Source: Clostridia bacterium (GTDB taxonomy: Bacteria > Bacillota > Clostridia > Oscillospirales > QAMX01). Taken from it: DNA of 55,207 nt. Shown one piece after another: positions 43,894 to 51,962 of this stretch. The DNA lies in contig JAFQKV010000061.1 in NCBI GenBank assembly GCA_017414715.1, positions 1 to 55,207 on the forward strand. The letters are read 5' to 3'. The notes beneath the pieces are model-generated. The model ran no database searches. It had not been told where the DNA came from and saw nothing but the letters and a program-made list of their open reading frames with translations. Numbering within the stretch: the first letter of the stretch is position 1; each line of letters starts with the position of its first letter. The position numbers and the translations under genes were made by a program.

Positions 43894-44841
43894 TCACTCG
43901 GCTACGGTGTTGATGGGCGAACCCGCAAGATAGGCCCGCAAATTCTCCGCGGCAGCGGCCATCAGCCGCCCGCGTGCCTCACGGGTCGCCCAAGCGTTAT
44001 GGGGCGTTACAATGCAGTTTTTTGCATCAATGAGCAGGTTCTCCTTCGGCGGCTCACAGGACAGCACATCCACCGCCGCGCCGGCAATCATGCCGCGATC
44101 CAGCGAATCGCGCAGATCCTCCTCCACCACCAGCTGACCGCGGGAGGTGTTCACAAGATAAGCCGTCGGCTTCATAGCCGCCAGAAAGGCCGAATCCACC
44201 ATATTGACCGTATCCGGCTTTGCCGGGCAGTGGAGCGAAATGAAGTCTGACTCCCTGCAAAGGGTTTCACGGTCACAGAAGGTCACATCATGCTCATCCG
44301 TCGGATGAGGGGTGTTGCAGAGGATTCGCATACCAAATGCCCGGGCGAGCTCTGCGGTTCGGCGGCCGATACGGCCGTAGCCTACAAGACCGAGTGTCTT
44401 GCCACGAAGCTCGATCTGCGGGGTAATGCTGTAGGAATAATCCGGGCATGCAGACCACCCGCCGCCGCGCACACTCGCCGTGTGCGCTCCGACACCGCGG
44501 CAGAGCTCCAGGATGAGCGCAAAAGTATACTCCGCAACGCTGTCGGTACCGTAGGCGGGAATATTGGTCACGGTGATTCCATACCGGGCTGCTGCCGCAA
44601 CATCCACCACATTGTATCCCGTGGCCAGAACGCCGATATAGCGAAGCCCGGGAAGTTTTGCAAACTCAGCATCGCCAAGAGGCGTTTTGTTGGTCATGAG
44701 AATCTCCGCACCGGCTGCTCTGGAGAGTATTTCCTCCGGCGCGGTACGGTCATATACCGTAAGGTCGCCGAGAGCGGCCACCGGTTCCCAGGGATTGTCC
44801 CCGGGGTTGAGGGCATATCCGTCGAGCACAACGATCTTCAT
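43894..44841 (-). CDS. D-isomer-specific 2-hydroxyacid dehydrogenase (glycerate dehydrogenase-like)
   Basis: GLVGYGRIGRRTAEL Rossmann motif and the catalytic R/E/H region (NTSRG, PH). The ATG at 44841 (MKIVVLDG) has better spacing from GGAGGAAA than the ATG at 44847. Confidence 0.88.
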   Translation of the reverse strand: MKIVVLDGYALNPGDNPWEPVAALGDLTVYDRTAPEEILSRAAGAEILMTNKTPLGDAEFAKLPGLRYIGVLATGYNVVDVAAAARYGITVTNIPAYGTDSVAEYTFALILELCRGVGAHTASVRGGGWSACPDYSYSITPQIELRGKTLGLVGYGRIGRRTAELARAFGMRILCNTPHPTDEHDVTFCDRETLCRESDFISLHCPAKPDTVNMVDSAFLAAMKPTAYLVNTSRGQLVVEEDLRDSLDRGMIAGAAVDVLSCEPPKENLLIDAKNCIVTPHNAWATREARGRLMAAAAENLRAYLAGSPINTVAE

Positions 44842-44843
44842 TG

Positions 44844-45731
44844 TCATTTTCCTCCAGCGGTAAACCAGATAAGTCTTCCCGCATCCGCGCGGGCATCCAC
44901 ACGTCCCATATCCATCAGGCAGGACAGCATACCGGAGACGGTGCTGCCGATCAGATAGCGCTGGGACAGGGTCATGCGAAGCTTATGGCGGCGGAAGAGT
45001 TCCGAGAGAAGCTCCTCAAAGGTCATACCGTCGGACAAAAGCTCCGAAATCTCCAGAAGCCGCGCATCCAGTCGCTGCAGATTCTCTGCAGCAAGGGATG
45101 CAATATCCTCCGTCGGCTCACAGTGAGACGGGATATAGATGCCTTTATCCCAGCTGCAAAGACGCTCAAGCGTATTCCTGTAAAGCTCAATATCATAGGC
45201 ATAGGTATACACAAAGCGGTCAAGCACCCGGGTCGATGCCACACAGTCCGCCATGAAACAAACGCCGTCCGGGGTGCGGACTCCCTTCTGGAACATGGAA
45301 TGCCCTTCAAGGGAAATGAGCTCCATACCCTCCGGAAAAGGAAATTCTTCCGCTTCCCGGGCAGGCCAGTCCTCCGCCTTCATAAAGCGGTCCCGCATCA
45401 GCTTCTGCGGCGGCCGTCCGCCGTACATGATGGCCGTGCCGAGCTCCGACACGGTGCAAAAGGCTGCATCCTTGGAGGAGCACCAGCAAACAGCGCCGGT
45501 CTGCTCCGCGATATAGCGGTTTCCTCCGATATGGTCGGGATGGCAATGGGTGTTGAGTACATGGCGAATGTGAAAACCAGCCTCGTTTACCCGCTCAAGA
45601 ATGCGGGCCGCCGTTTCCGGCGTATTGCCGCTGTCGATGAGAATGGCCTCGCCATCCTTTTCCCACAGGCCGACGCGGACGGGACAATCGATGTAGTAGG
45701 TATGCGCCGCGACACGGATGAGTTCAAACAT
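44844..45731 (-). CDS. MBL-fold metallo-hydrolase
   Basis: 295 aa with the HCHPDHIGG (HxHxDH) motif. RBS GGAGA upstream. Confidence 0.85.
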   Translation of the reverse strand: MFELIRVAAHTYYIDCPVRVGLWEKDGEAILIDSGNTPETAARILERVNEAGFHIRHVLNTHCHPDHIGGNRYIAEQTGAVCWCSSKDAAFCTVSELGTAIMYGGRPPQKLMRDRFMKAEDWPAREAEEFPFPEGMELISLEGHSMFQKGVRTPDGVCFMADCVASTRVLDRFVYTYAYDIELYRNTLERLCSWDKGIYIPSHCEPTEDIASLAAENLQRLDARLLEISELLSDGMTFEELLSELFRRHKLRMTLSQRYLIGSTVSGMLSCLMDMGRVDARADAGRLIWFTAGGK

Positions 45732-45810
45732 TTTCAGTCTCCATTATCTTCCACATCAAGAACGCGGCCCATCCTAAGGACAGGCCGCGGCAGATCACAT
45801 TCTGAGATTC

Positions 45811-46287
45811 TTATTTTGCGGCATAGCCGAGAGACTTTGCGAGCTCCTCAGCCTCGGCTGCAAGTTCCGTACCAAAGGCTTCCATGTAAATAAAGGTCTC
45901 ACCGACAGAGGACACCAGGCGGTAAACGCCGGTGCTCTTCTGCTCATAATAGCTGTAATTTGCGGATGCGGCGACCTTTTCGGATGCGGAAGGTGCAGCC
46001 AGTGCTTTGAATTCATCGGCAAAGTAGGTAACGTTACCCTTTGCGGTGTCCTCTTTATCGAGGATGTAAAACTCGACATTCACATCCGTCTTGTCTGCCG
46101 TGACGGCAGTCTTGATATATTCCTCGGATGCGAACTCCTCAGTCATGTCCTTGACCTCAAAGCCCTTGTCGAGCATAGCGGAAACAAACTGATCCGAAGT
46201 AGCGGCCGTGCGGGGCTGGCCGCAGGCAGCGAGGGAAAGCAGCATCGCCACACAAAGCAGCACCGTAAACATTCTGCGAAGCTTCAT
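45811..46287 (-). CDS. putative lipoprotein (function unknown)
   Basis: Start chosen at the ATG at 46287 (MKLRRMFTVLLCVAMLLSLAACG, a lipobox LAAC), after AAAGGAGA. Confidence 0.7.
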   Translation of the reverse strand: MKLRRMFTVLLCVAMLLSLAACGQPRTAATSDQFVSAMLDKGFEVKDMTEEFASEEYIKTAVTADKTDVNVEFYILDKEDTAKGNVTYFADEFKALAAPSASEKVAASANYSYYEQKSTGVYRLVSSVGETFIYMEAFGTELAAEAEELAKSLGYAAK

Positions 46288-46385
46288 TGATGATATCTCC
46301 TTTGGCAATCATACATTATTTATAAATTATATATAATAACCGGGGTTTTGTCAATGCTTCCACCTCCGGATTTATGGGAATGATA

Positions 46386-46413
46386 TTGACAATCATCGAA
46401 AAAAATGTATAAT
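46386..46413 (+). promoter_or_regulatory. near-consensus sigma-A promoter of the CNNM/CorC-family gene leader
   Basis: TTGACA (46386-46391), 16-nt spacer, TATAAT (46408-46413). Confidence 0.6.
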
Positions 46414-46509
46414 GGAATCAACACAGAAATGGGGTGTTTGCTTTTCTTACCGAAAGCAGCAATAACGATGCAGGCCGATCATGCCGCTCTGCTTATATTG
46501 TGTCTGTCA

Positions 46510-46558
46510 GCATACCCGCCCGTCCATCGGGACGGATCGAGCGCGGGCATGCTTTTTT
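46510..46558 (+). terminator. terminator-like hairpin inside the roughly 200-nt leader of the CNNM/CorC-family gene (candidate attenuator or riboswitch expression platform)
   Basis: GCATACCCGC-CCGTCC-ATCG-GGACGG-ATCGA-GCGGGCATGC (nested stems, one mismatch) followed by TTTTTT, 60 nt upstream of the GTG start. Confidence 0.7.
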
Positions 46559-46617
46559 GCACTTCAAATTCTGTAAATAATTCGTCAAGCCACACACGAA
46601 AGGAAAGGTATCTCACC

Positions 46618-47964
46618 GTGGACGACCCTTTATTATTGCAGCTTTTGCTCCAGCTCATCCTCATTGGCCTCAATGCATTTTTTGCCTGCGCAGAAATTGC
46701 CGTCATTTCGGTCAATGAGACCCGACTCGATAAGCTTTCTCAGCAGGGAGACCGCAACGCTCGCAAGCTTTTGAAGCTTACTCGCCGCCCCGACCGCTTT
46801 CTTGCCACCATACAGGTTGCCATCACGCTCTCCGGCTTCCTCGGCTCTGCATTCGCGGCAGATAATTTCTCCGAGCGTCTGGTCAGCTTCATCTACGACG
46901 GTCTCGGATTTACAGTTTTGCCGATGGAGACCGTCGATATCATCTGCGTGGTATTCATCACCCTGCTTCTCTCCTTCCTTACGCTGGTCTTCGGTGAGCT
47001 CGTCCCCAAGCGGCTGGCCATGAAGAACTCCGAAAAGCTGGCGCTTTCCATGTCCGGCGCACTTGTGTTTTTCTCCCGCCTCTTCGCACCCGCTGCCTGG
47101 TTGCTCAGCATTTCCACCAACGGCGTGCTCCGTCTTCTCGGCATCGATCCCAATGCTGAAGAGGAAAGCGACACCGAGGAGGATATTCTTCTGTTGATCG
47201 ATGCCGGCGCAGAGAAGGGCACCATTGACGAAGAGGAAAAGCAACTGCTGCAGAACGTGTTTGAATTTGACGATGTTTCCGCAGAGGACGTTGCGACTCA
47301 CCGTACCCGTGTGGAAATGCTGATGATGGAGGACAGCGATGAGGTCTGGCAGGAAACCATCTTCTCCTCCAGACATTCCAACTTCCCCATCTGCGGTGAG
47401 AGCGTAGACGACATCATCGGCATTTTAAACGCCAAGGCATACTTCCGTCTCAGCGATAAAAGCCGTGAAAATGTCATGGCAAACGCCGTATTCGAGCCGC
47501 ACTTTATCCCCGGCTCCGTCAAAGCCGATGTTCTCTTCGCCGATATGAAGCGGCGCCGCAACCACTTTGCCGTTGTTCTGGATGAATACGGCGGCGTTCA
47601 CGGCATCGTTACGCTCAACGATCTTTTGCAGGAGATCGTCGGTGATATTTTTCAGGAGAATGACGATACCCCTCCTCCCATTGAGCAGACCGGTGAAGAC
47701 ACCTGGCATATCCGCGGCTCTGTCGAGCTGAAGGATCTTGCAGATGCGCTGGACATGGCCGACCTTCCCGTTGACGAATTCGATACCCTCGGCGGCCTTG
47801 CCGTGAGCACGCTGGATTCCTATCCCGAGGACGGCGAACAGTTTGAATGTACCGTCGCAGGACTGCATATCAAGGTGCTTCGTATCGAGGAACGCTGCGT
47901 TGAGGAAGCCATCGTCACCCGCCTTCCCGCACCGAAGGATGAGGACGAGGACGAAGAGGAATAG
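46618..47964 (+). CDS. hemolysin-family / CNNM (DUF21-CBS-CorC_HlyC) transporter-like protein
   Basis: Start chosen at the GTG at 46618 (VDDPLLLQLLLQLILIGLNAFFACAEIAVIS, the usual DUF21 N-terminus), 9 nt after AGGAAAGG. A CBS pair and a CorC/HlyC C-terminal domain follow. Confidence 0.88.
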   Translation: MDDPLLLQLLLQLILIGLNAFFACAEIAVISVNETRLDKLSQQGDRNARKLLKLTRRPDRFLATIQVAITLSGFLGSAFAADNFSERLVSFIYDGLGFTVLPMETVDIICVVFITLLLSFLTLVFGELVPKRLAMKNSEKLALSMSGALVFFSRLFAPAAWLLSISTNGVLRLLGIDPNAEEESDTEEDILLLIDAGAEKGTIDEEEKQLLQNVFEFDDVSAEDVATHRTRVEMLMMEDSDEVWQETIFSSRHSNFPICGESVDDIIGILNAKAYFRLSDKSRENVMANAVFEPHFIPGSVKADVLFADMKRRRNHFAVVLDEYGGVHGIVTLNDLLQEIVGDIFQENDDTPPPIEQTGEDTWHIRGSVELKDLADALDMADLPVDEFDTLGGLAVSTLDSYPEDGEQFECTVAGLHIKVLRIEERCVEEAIVTRLPAPKDEDEDEEE

Positions 47965-47982
47965 CCTTACTTTCCGATTTTC

Positions 47983-48020
47983 ACAACATCCGCAGAAATA
48001 TCTGCGGATGTTGTTTTTTT
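47983..48020 (+). terminator. intrinsic terminator after the CNNM-family gene
   Basis: 14-nt perfect inverted repeat ACAACATCCGCAGA / TCTGCGGATGTTGT followed by TTTTTT. Confidence 0.85.
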
Positions 48021-48023
48021 CTC

Positions 48024-48052
48024 TTGACAAGCGGGAAAAAATGTGATAGTAT
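48024..48052 (+). promoter_or_regulatory. candidate sigma-A promoter of the tRNA cluster
   Basis: TTGACA (48024-48029), 17-nt spacer ending in TGTGA, TAGTAT (48047-48052), about 30 nt before tRNA-Gly. Confidence 0.65.
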
Positions 48053-48082
48053 TTACAGGCTGATTTTGAGCTGATCGGTCAT

Positions 48083-48156
48083 GCGGGTGTAGTTCAATGG
48101 TAGAATCCCAGCCTTCCAAGCTGGTCGTGTGGGTTCGATTCCCATCACCCGCTCCA
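48083..48156 (+). tRNA. tRNA-Gly (anticodon UCC)
   Basis: Cloverleaf read by hand: acceptor GCGGGTG/CACCCGC, anticodon stem CCAGC/GCTGG with loop CTTCCAA, T-loop TTCGATT, encoded CCA. Confidence 0.95.
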
Positions 48157-48176
48157 AACGCACACTGCGTTGACAT

Positions 48177-48253
<77 letters not shown>

Positions 48254-48256
48254 TAT

Positions 48257-48334
48257 GGTGGATGTAGCTCAGCTGGTTAGAGTATCAGGTTGTGGCCCTG
48301 AGGGTCGTCGGTTCGAACCCGATCATCCACCCCA
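48257..48334 (+). tRNA. tRNA-His (anticodon GUG)
   Basis: An extra 5' G(-1) is opposite C73. Acceptor GTGGATG/CATCCAC, anticodon loop TTGTGGC, T-loop TTCGAAC, encoded CCA. Confidence 0.95.
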
Positions 48335-48338
48335 TAAA

Positions 48339-48375
48339 GAAAGCGCCTGCATCTGCAGGCGCTTTCTTCTTTTAT
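48339..48375. terminator. bidirectional terminator between the tRNA cluster and the convergent HAD gene
   Basis: 13-nt perfect inverted repeat GAAAGCGCCTGCA / TGCAGGCGCTTTC followed by TTCTTTT. Confidence 0.85.
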
Positions 48376-48378
48376 ATT

Positions 48379-48984
48379 TTATATCTTAATAAACTTACGC
48401 AGCTTCTCTATATTTCCGTCGAAAAGATATCCCGGGATACCGACAGCACTTGCTCCACGGATGTTTTTCTCCGAATCATCAATAAAAATGCATTCCGCCG
48501 GATCAAGTCCGTACTTATCCAAAAGATATGTGAAAATTTCGTGTCCCGGCTTTGTCATATGCAGCGGACCGGAGAAAACCAGACCGTCAAACAGGGAAAA
48601 CAGCGGACCTATCCATTCGTTTATGCTGTATTCCTGCGCAAATCGGATACTGATGTTAGAGCAGAGAAAAAGTCTGCCGCCGGCGGCATGAATATCACGA
48701 ACCAGCTCCGGCATACCGGGTACCGGTTCCCGGTCTGCGATCCAGTGATCATAGAGCTGACAGGCGATTTCTCCCACCTTGCCCGGAAGTCTTTTCCGGA
48801 TATCTGCAATCACATCCGACTCTTCAATCGTTCCCTCATCCAGCCGATCCCAGTACTTTCGATCAAAAACGACCGAGAGAATCCGCTTTGCCTCTTCCTT
48901 ATCCGGATATGAGTGCAAAAAATGCTCATTGGGATAAAAGCGTGCAAGGACATTGCCAAAGTCAAAAATATAGTTTTTAATCAA
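48379..48984 (-). CDS. HAD-family hydrolase
   Basis: 201 aa with motif I FDFGNVL and motif IV FIDDS. It opens with TTG at 48984, with GGAG 9 nt upstream. Confidence 0.8.
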   Translation of the reverse strand: MIKNYIFDFGNVLARFYPNEHFLHSYPDKEEAKRILSVVFDRKYWDRLDEGTIEESDVIADIRKRLPGKVGEIACQLYDHWIADREPVPGMPELVRDIHAAGGRLFLCSNISIRFAQEYSINEWIGPLFSLFDGLVFSGPLHMTKPGHEIFTYLLDKYGLDPAECIFIDDSEKNIRGASAVGIPGYLFDGNIEKLRKFIKI

Positions 48985-49009
48985 TTTTCAGGCTCCAAAG
49001 CAAAGTATT

Positions 49010-49041
49010 AAGGGGAGATATGCCGCAGCATATCTCCCCTT
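49010..49041 (-). terminator. hairpin downstream of the Gfo/Idh/MocA gene (weak U-tract)
   Basis: 14-nt perfect inverted repeat AAGGGGAGATATGC / GCATATCTCCCCTT with a 4-nt loop. Neither strand has a strong T-run. Confidence 0.45.
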
Positions 49042-49054
49042 GCGTTATCAAATT

Positions 49055-50140
49055 TTATTTGTCGAAATAGTAGGGCTTGCCCGTCTTTGCGGACTCGTAG
49101 ATGCCCTCGAGGATCTTGGTAACAACGATGGCCTGCTCGGGAAGGACGCAGGGATCGGTATCGTTGAGGATGGCGTGAACCCACTGGGTGGCCTCGATGA
49201 CGGCGGGATCGCTGCTGCCATTGCCCTCATAGAAAGCAACGCCGCCGGCGTTAAGGTTGGGGGTGGTCACGTACTGACGGCCGTGCATGATGCCGTTGAC
49301 GCGGATGCCGCCCTCCATATCCACACCGGCCTTGGTGCCGGACAGGGAGCACTTGGCCTCGCGGACGTCCAGAGAGTTGAGAGCCCAGCTGGACTCGAGG
49401 ATGATGGTCGCGCCGTTCTCCATAACGATGAAGCCAAAGGCGGAGTCCTCAACGGTGAACTTCTCGGGATCCCAGTCACCCCAGGCGTTGCCCGTCTCGG
49501 TGTCGTTGTTGAGCTTGTGATAGGTAGTACCGACGCAGTACTTAGGCTTGTAGTTGTTCATGTTCCAAAGGGTGAGGTCCAGCGCATGGGTTCCGATATC
49601 GATAAGGGGACCACCGCCCTGCTCATATTCGTTGAGGAAGACACCCCAGGTGGGAACGGCTCTGCGGCGGATGGCGTGGGCGCGGGCATAGTAGACCTCA
49701 CCGACGGTGCCGTCCTCGCACAGCTGCTTCATGAGCTGGGAGTCGGAACGATAGCGGTTCTGATAACCGATGGTCAGCTTCTTGCCGGTGCGGGCAGCAG
49801 CATCCAGCATCTTCTGTGCCTCGGCGGAGTTGATGGCCATGGGCTTCTCACACATAACGTGGCAGCCGGCCTCAAGGGCATCAACGGTGATAAAGCTGTG
49901 GGAACGGTTGGGGGTACAGACGTGGACAACATCCAGCTCTTCCTTTTCAAGCAGCTCCTTGTAATCCGCATAAACGCGGGCACCTTCAGCGCCAAACTTC
50001 TTCGCCGCCTTCTCGGCGCGCTCAACAACGATGTCGCAGAAGGCAACCATCTCCACCTCGGGAACCTGGGCGAGAGAAGGCATATGCTTTCCGTTGGCGA
50101 TACCGCCGCAGCCAATGATACCAACTTTGAGTTTGCTCAT
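49055..50140 (-). CDS. Gfo/Idh/MocA-family oxidoreductase
   Basis: 361 aa with an N-terminal Rossmann motif KVGIIGCGGIANGKH and a typical EKP motif (CEKPMA). Confidence 0.9.
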   Translation of the reverse strand: MSKLKVGIIGCGGIANGKHMPSLAQVPEVEMVAFCDIVVERAEKAAKKFGAEGARVYADYKELLEKEELDVVHVCTPNRSHSFITVDALEAGCHVMCEKPMAINSAEAQKMLDAAARTGKKLTIGYQNRYRSDSQLMKQLCEDGTVGEVYYARAHAIRRRAVPTWGVFLNEYEQGGGPLIDIGTHALDLTLWNMNNYKPKYCVGTTYHKLNNDTETGNAWGDWDPEKFTVEDSAFGFIVMENGATIILESSWALNSLDVREAKCSLSGTKAGVDMEGGIRVNGIMHGRQYVTTPNLNAGGVAFYEGNGSSDPAVIEATQWVHAILNDTDPCVLPEQAIVVTKILEGIYESAKTGKPYYFDK

Positions 50141-50183
50141 AGTAACATCCTCTTTTCTTTATTCACAATGGGGTTATGTAAAA

Positions 50184-50212
50184 ATTATACAGCTTTTATG
50201 ACCGTAATGCAA
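50184..50212 (-). promoter_or_regulatory. candidate sigma-A promoter of the Gfo/Idh/MocA gene
   Basis: Minus strand TTGCAT (50212-50207), 17-nt spacer ending in TG, TATAAT (50189-50184). Confidence 0.65.
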
Positions 50213-50219
50213 CAGATTT

Positions 50220-50861
50220 TTACTCACAGAGCGATATTTCTCCAAAGTATTCCGGTCTGTGGAAATCAGGGCCTTCCGTCCCAATGGGATTCCAGCTTCC
50301 CCAGTGCGGGATTTCCGTCTTGTCGCCGCACTTATAGAAATTTCCACGGATGCCGCCGTTCCTGTAAATATCAAAGTCGGGCACAAAGCGACGGATGAAG
50401 GCAAACGGAATGTCAAAGCCCACCTGCCAGCGGGAATCCGCACCGCGTCCGAGGGTCTGCCGGGTCTCAACACGGAAATACGCATTGTCCGGCGCATCCG
50501 TGATTTTTTCGGAGCTCTCCCTCGTCCCTGCAGGCGAGAAACCAACATACATGGTGCCGTGTGGATTGAATTCAAAATTGAAATAGGCAAGGCTACCCGG
50601 AATGGGCGCAAAGAAGAACTCCAGGCAGGAATCCAAACATACCATATCGTTTCTTGCGCTTCCCTCCGCCCGTATCTTCTCCTCCCAGGCAGTAAGGCAG
50701 ACGCGGAGGGCATCCTCACTAACCGCCACATAGGCCTCCGCCCGGGGCATATAATCCGTCTGCCAGCGATATTCTCCGATGACGGCATGCAGACCGTGTT
50801 CTGCCGCTGCAAAGATATCGGCATCCGCCGCGATTTTTCCAAGCTTATAGGTTTTATCCAT
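50220..50861 (-). CDS. carbohydrate-binding family 9-like protein
   Basis: Start chosen at the ATG at 50861 (MDKTYKLGK...), after GGAAAGGAAA. DSCLEFFFAP...YFNFEFNPHGT resembles CBM9-like/DOMON-like proteins. This is a family-level guess only. Confidence 0.6.
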   Translation of the reverse strand: MDKTYKLGKIAADADIFAAAEHGLHAVIGEYRWQTDYMPRAEAYVAVSEDALRVCLTAWEEKIRAEGSARNDMVCLDSCLEFFFAPIPGSLAYFNFEFNPHGTMYVGFSPAGTRESSEKITDAPDNAYFRVETRQTLGRGADSRWQVGFDIPFAFIRRFVPDFDIYRNGGIRGNFYKCGDKTEIPHWGSWNPIGTEGPDFHRPEYFGEISLCE

Positions 50862-50950
50862 AACATATTTCCTTTCCGCCCGAATACGTCCGGACCGGTA
50901 CTTTTCCGGATCCATTATACATTATCATTTCTTTCTCCGCAAGGTTTCTT

Positions 50951-50979
50951 TTGACATATGAATCACGCTGTCGTATAAT
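50951..50979 (+). promoter_or_regulatory. consensus sigma-A promoter of the flavin reductase / PH-domain / ABC exporter genes
   Basis: TTGACA (50951-50956), exactly 17-nt spacer, TATAAT (50974-50979). Confidence 0.7.
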
Positions 50980-51016
50980 AAATTCATAATATTTACAGTA
51001 AAGGATGGATCCTCCC

Positions 51017-51526
51017 ATGGCCTTCCGCGAAATCGACCCAAAAAGCATTCCCGACAACCTTTTTAAGCTTATCGGTGATGACTGGATGCTTCTCTCTGCC
51101 GCCTGCGGCAAGGATTTCAACACCATGACCGCCTCCTGGGCGACTGCCGGTGTTCTTTGGAACAAGCCGGTCGTGCAGGCTTTTGTCCGGCCCCAGCGCC
51201 ATACCTACGGCTTTATGGAAAAATCCCCCTATTTCACCTGCTGCTTCTTTGATGAATCCTACCGCGATGCCCTCACCTTCTGCGGTAAAAACTCCGGTCG
51301 TGACACCGATAAAATGGCAGCAACCGGTCTCACACCGGTGCTTTGCGAGGACAGCCGCGTCTGGTACGAGGAAGCACGTCTCGTACTTGTATGCCGTAAG
51401 CTCTATGCACAGAATATCGATCCCATGGATTTTTACGATGACAACATCGATTCCACCGTCTATGGCAACCGCGACTATCACCGCGCTTATTTCGGTGAGA
51501 TCGTCCGCTGCATGGTAAAGGAATAA
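51017..51526 (+). CDS. flavin reductase-like FMN-binding protein
   Basis: The ATG at 51017 (MAFREIDPK...) follows AAGGA. The ATG at 51005 would lie within the RBS. The split-barrel flavin reductase pattern is present (LIGDDWMLLSA, NTMTASW). Confidence 0.85.
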   Translation: MAFREIDPKSIPDNLFKLIGDDWMLLSAACGKDFNTMTASWATAGVLWNKPVVQAFVRPQRHTYGFMEKSPYFTCCFFDESYRDALTFCGKNSGRDTDKMAATGLTPVLCEDSRVWYEEARLVLVCRKLYAQNIDPMDFYDDNIDSTVYGNRDYHRAYFGEIVRCMVKE

Positions 51527-51530
51527 GCTT

Positions 51531-51953
51531 ATGAAATTCAAAAGCCGTGTTGGGCTGTGGTTTTATCTGCTGCTCACAGCCTGTGCCGCGCTGGCTGTTA
51601 TCGGATCCGTGCTCTGGAGCAGTTCCCGGGAAGGTACGCTCTTTTGCGTAATGCTATTTGGCTGCCTTGATATCGCACTTCTGCTACCGCTTCTTTTTTT
51701 CACAGATTACACGGTGTCGGAGGACAGCCTCACCGTCCGCTGTGCATATCTCATGAAGGAGCGCATCCCTCTCCGCTGCATCAAGCTCGTGCAGGAGGCA
51801 CGGGACTTTACCTTCGGCCCGGCTCTTTCCTTTGACCGCATCGAAGTCCGTTTCCGCATTGCCGGTAAGGACGGACGGCTGCTTCTCTCCCCGAAAGACA
51901 AGGCGGAATTTATCCGTCTCCTGACCGAAAGAATCCAGTCTGCCAACAAATAA
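51531..51953 (+). CDS. membrane protein with a bacterial PH-like domain
   Basis: 140 aa with two N-terminal TM helices, then a PH-like soluble domain (RIPLRCI....FDRIEVRF...LLLSPKDKAEFIRLL). Confidence 0.7.
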   Translation: MKFKSRVGLWFYLLLTACAALAVIGSVLWSSSREGTLFCVMLFGCLDIALLLPLLFFTDYTVSEDSLTVRCAYLMKERIPLRCIKLVQEARDFTFGPALSFDRIEVRFRIAGKDGRLLLSPKDKAEFIRLLTERIQSANK

Positions 51954-51962
51954 GGAGTATAT

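Noticed and set aside
46420-46560. Assignment of the CNNM-gene leader to the M-box, yybP-ykoY (Mn2+) or NiCo riboswitch class.
   Set aside because: The remembered conserved cores (GUUAGGUGAGGC…, GGGGAGUAG…, and the NiCo four-way junction motifs) are not visible. I leave it unclassified rather than name a class.
46405-46617. N-terminal extension of 71 codons on the CNNM-family ORF in the ORF track.
   Set aside because: The ATG at 46405 lies inside the -10 hexamer of a near-consensus promoter. The extension contains a strong terminator hairpin plus T6. The DUF21 N-terminus begins at the GTG at 46618, which has a good RBS. I treat the region as a leader, not as coding sequence.
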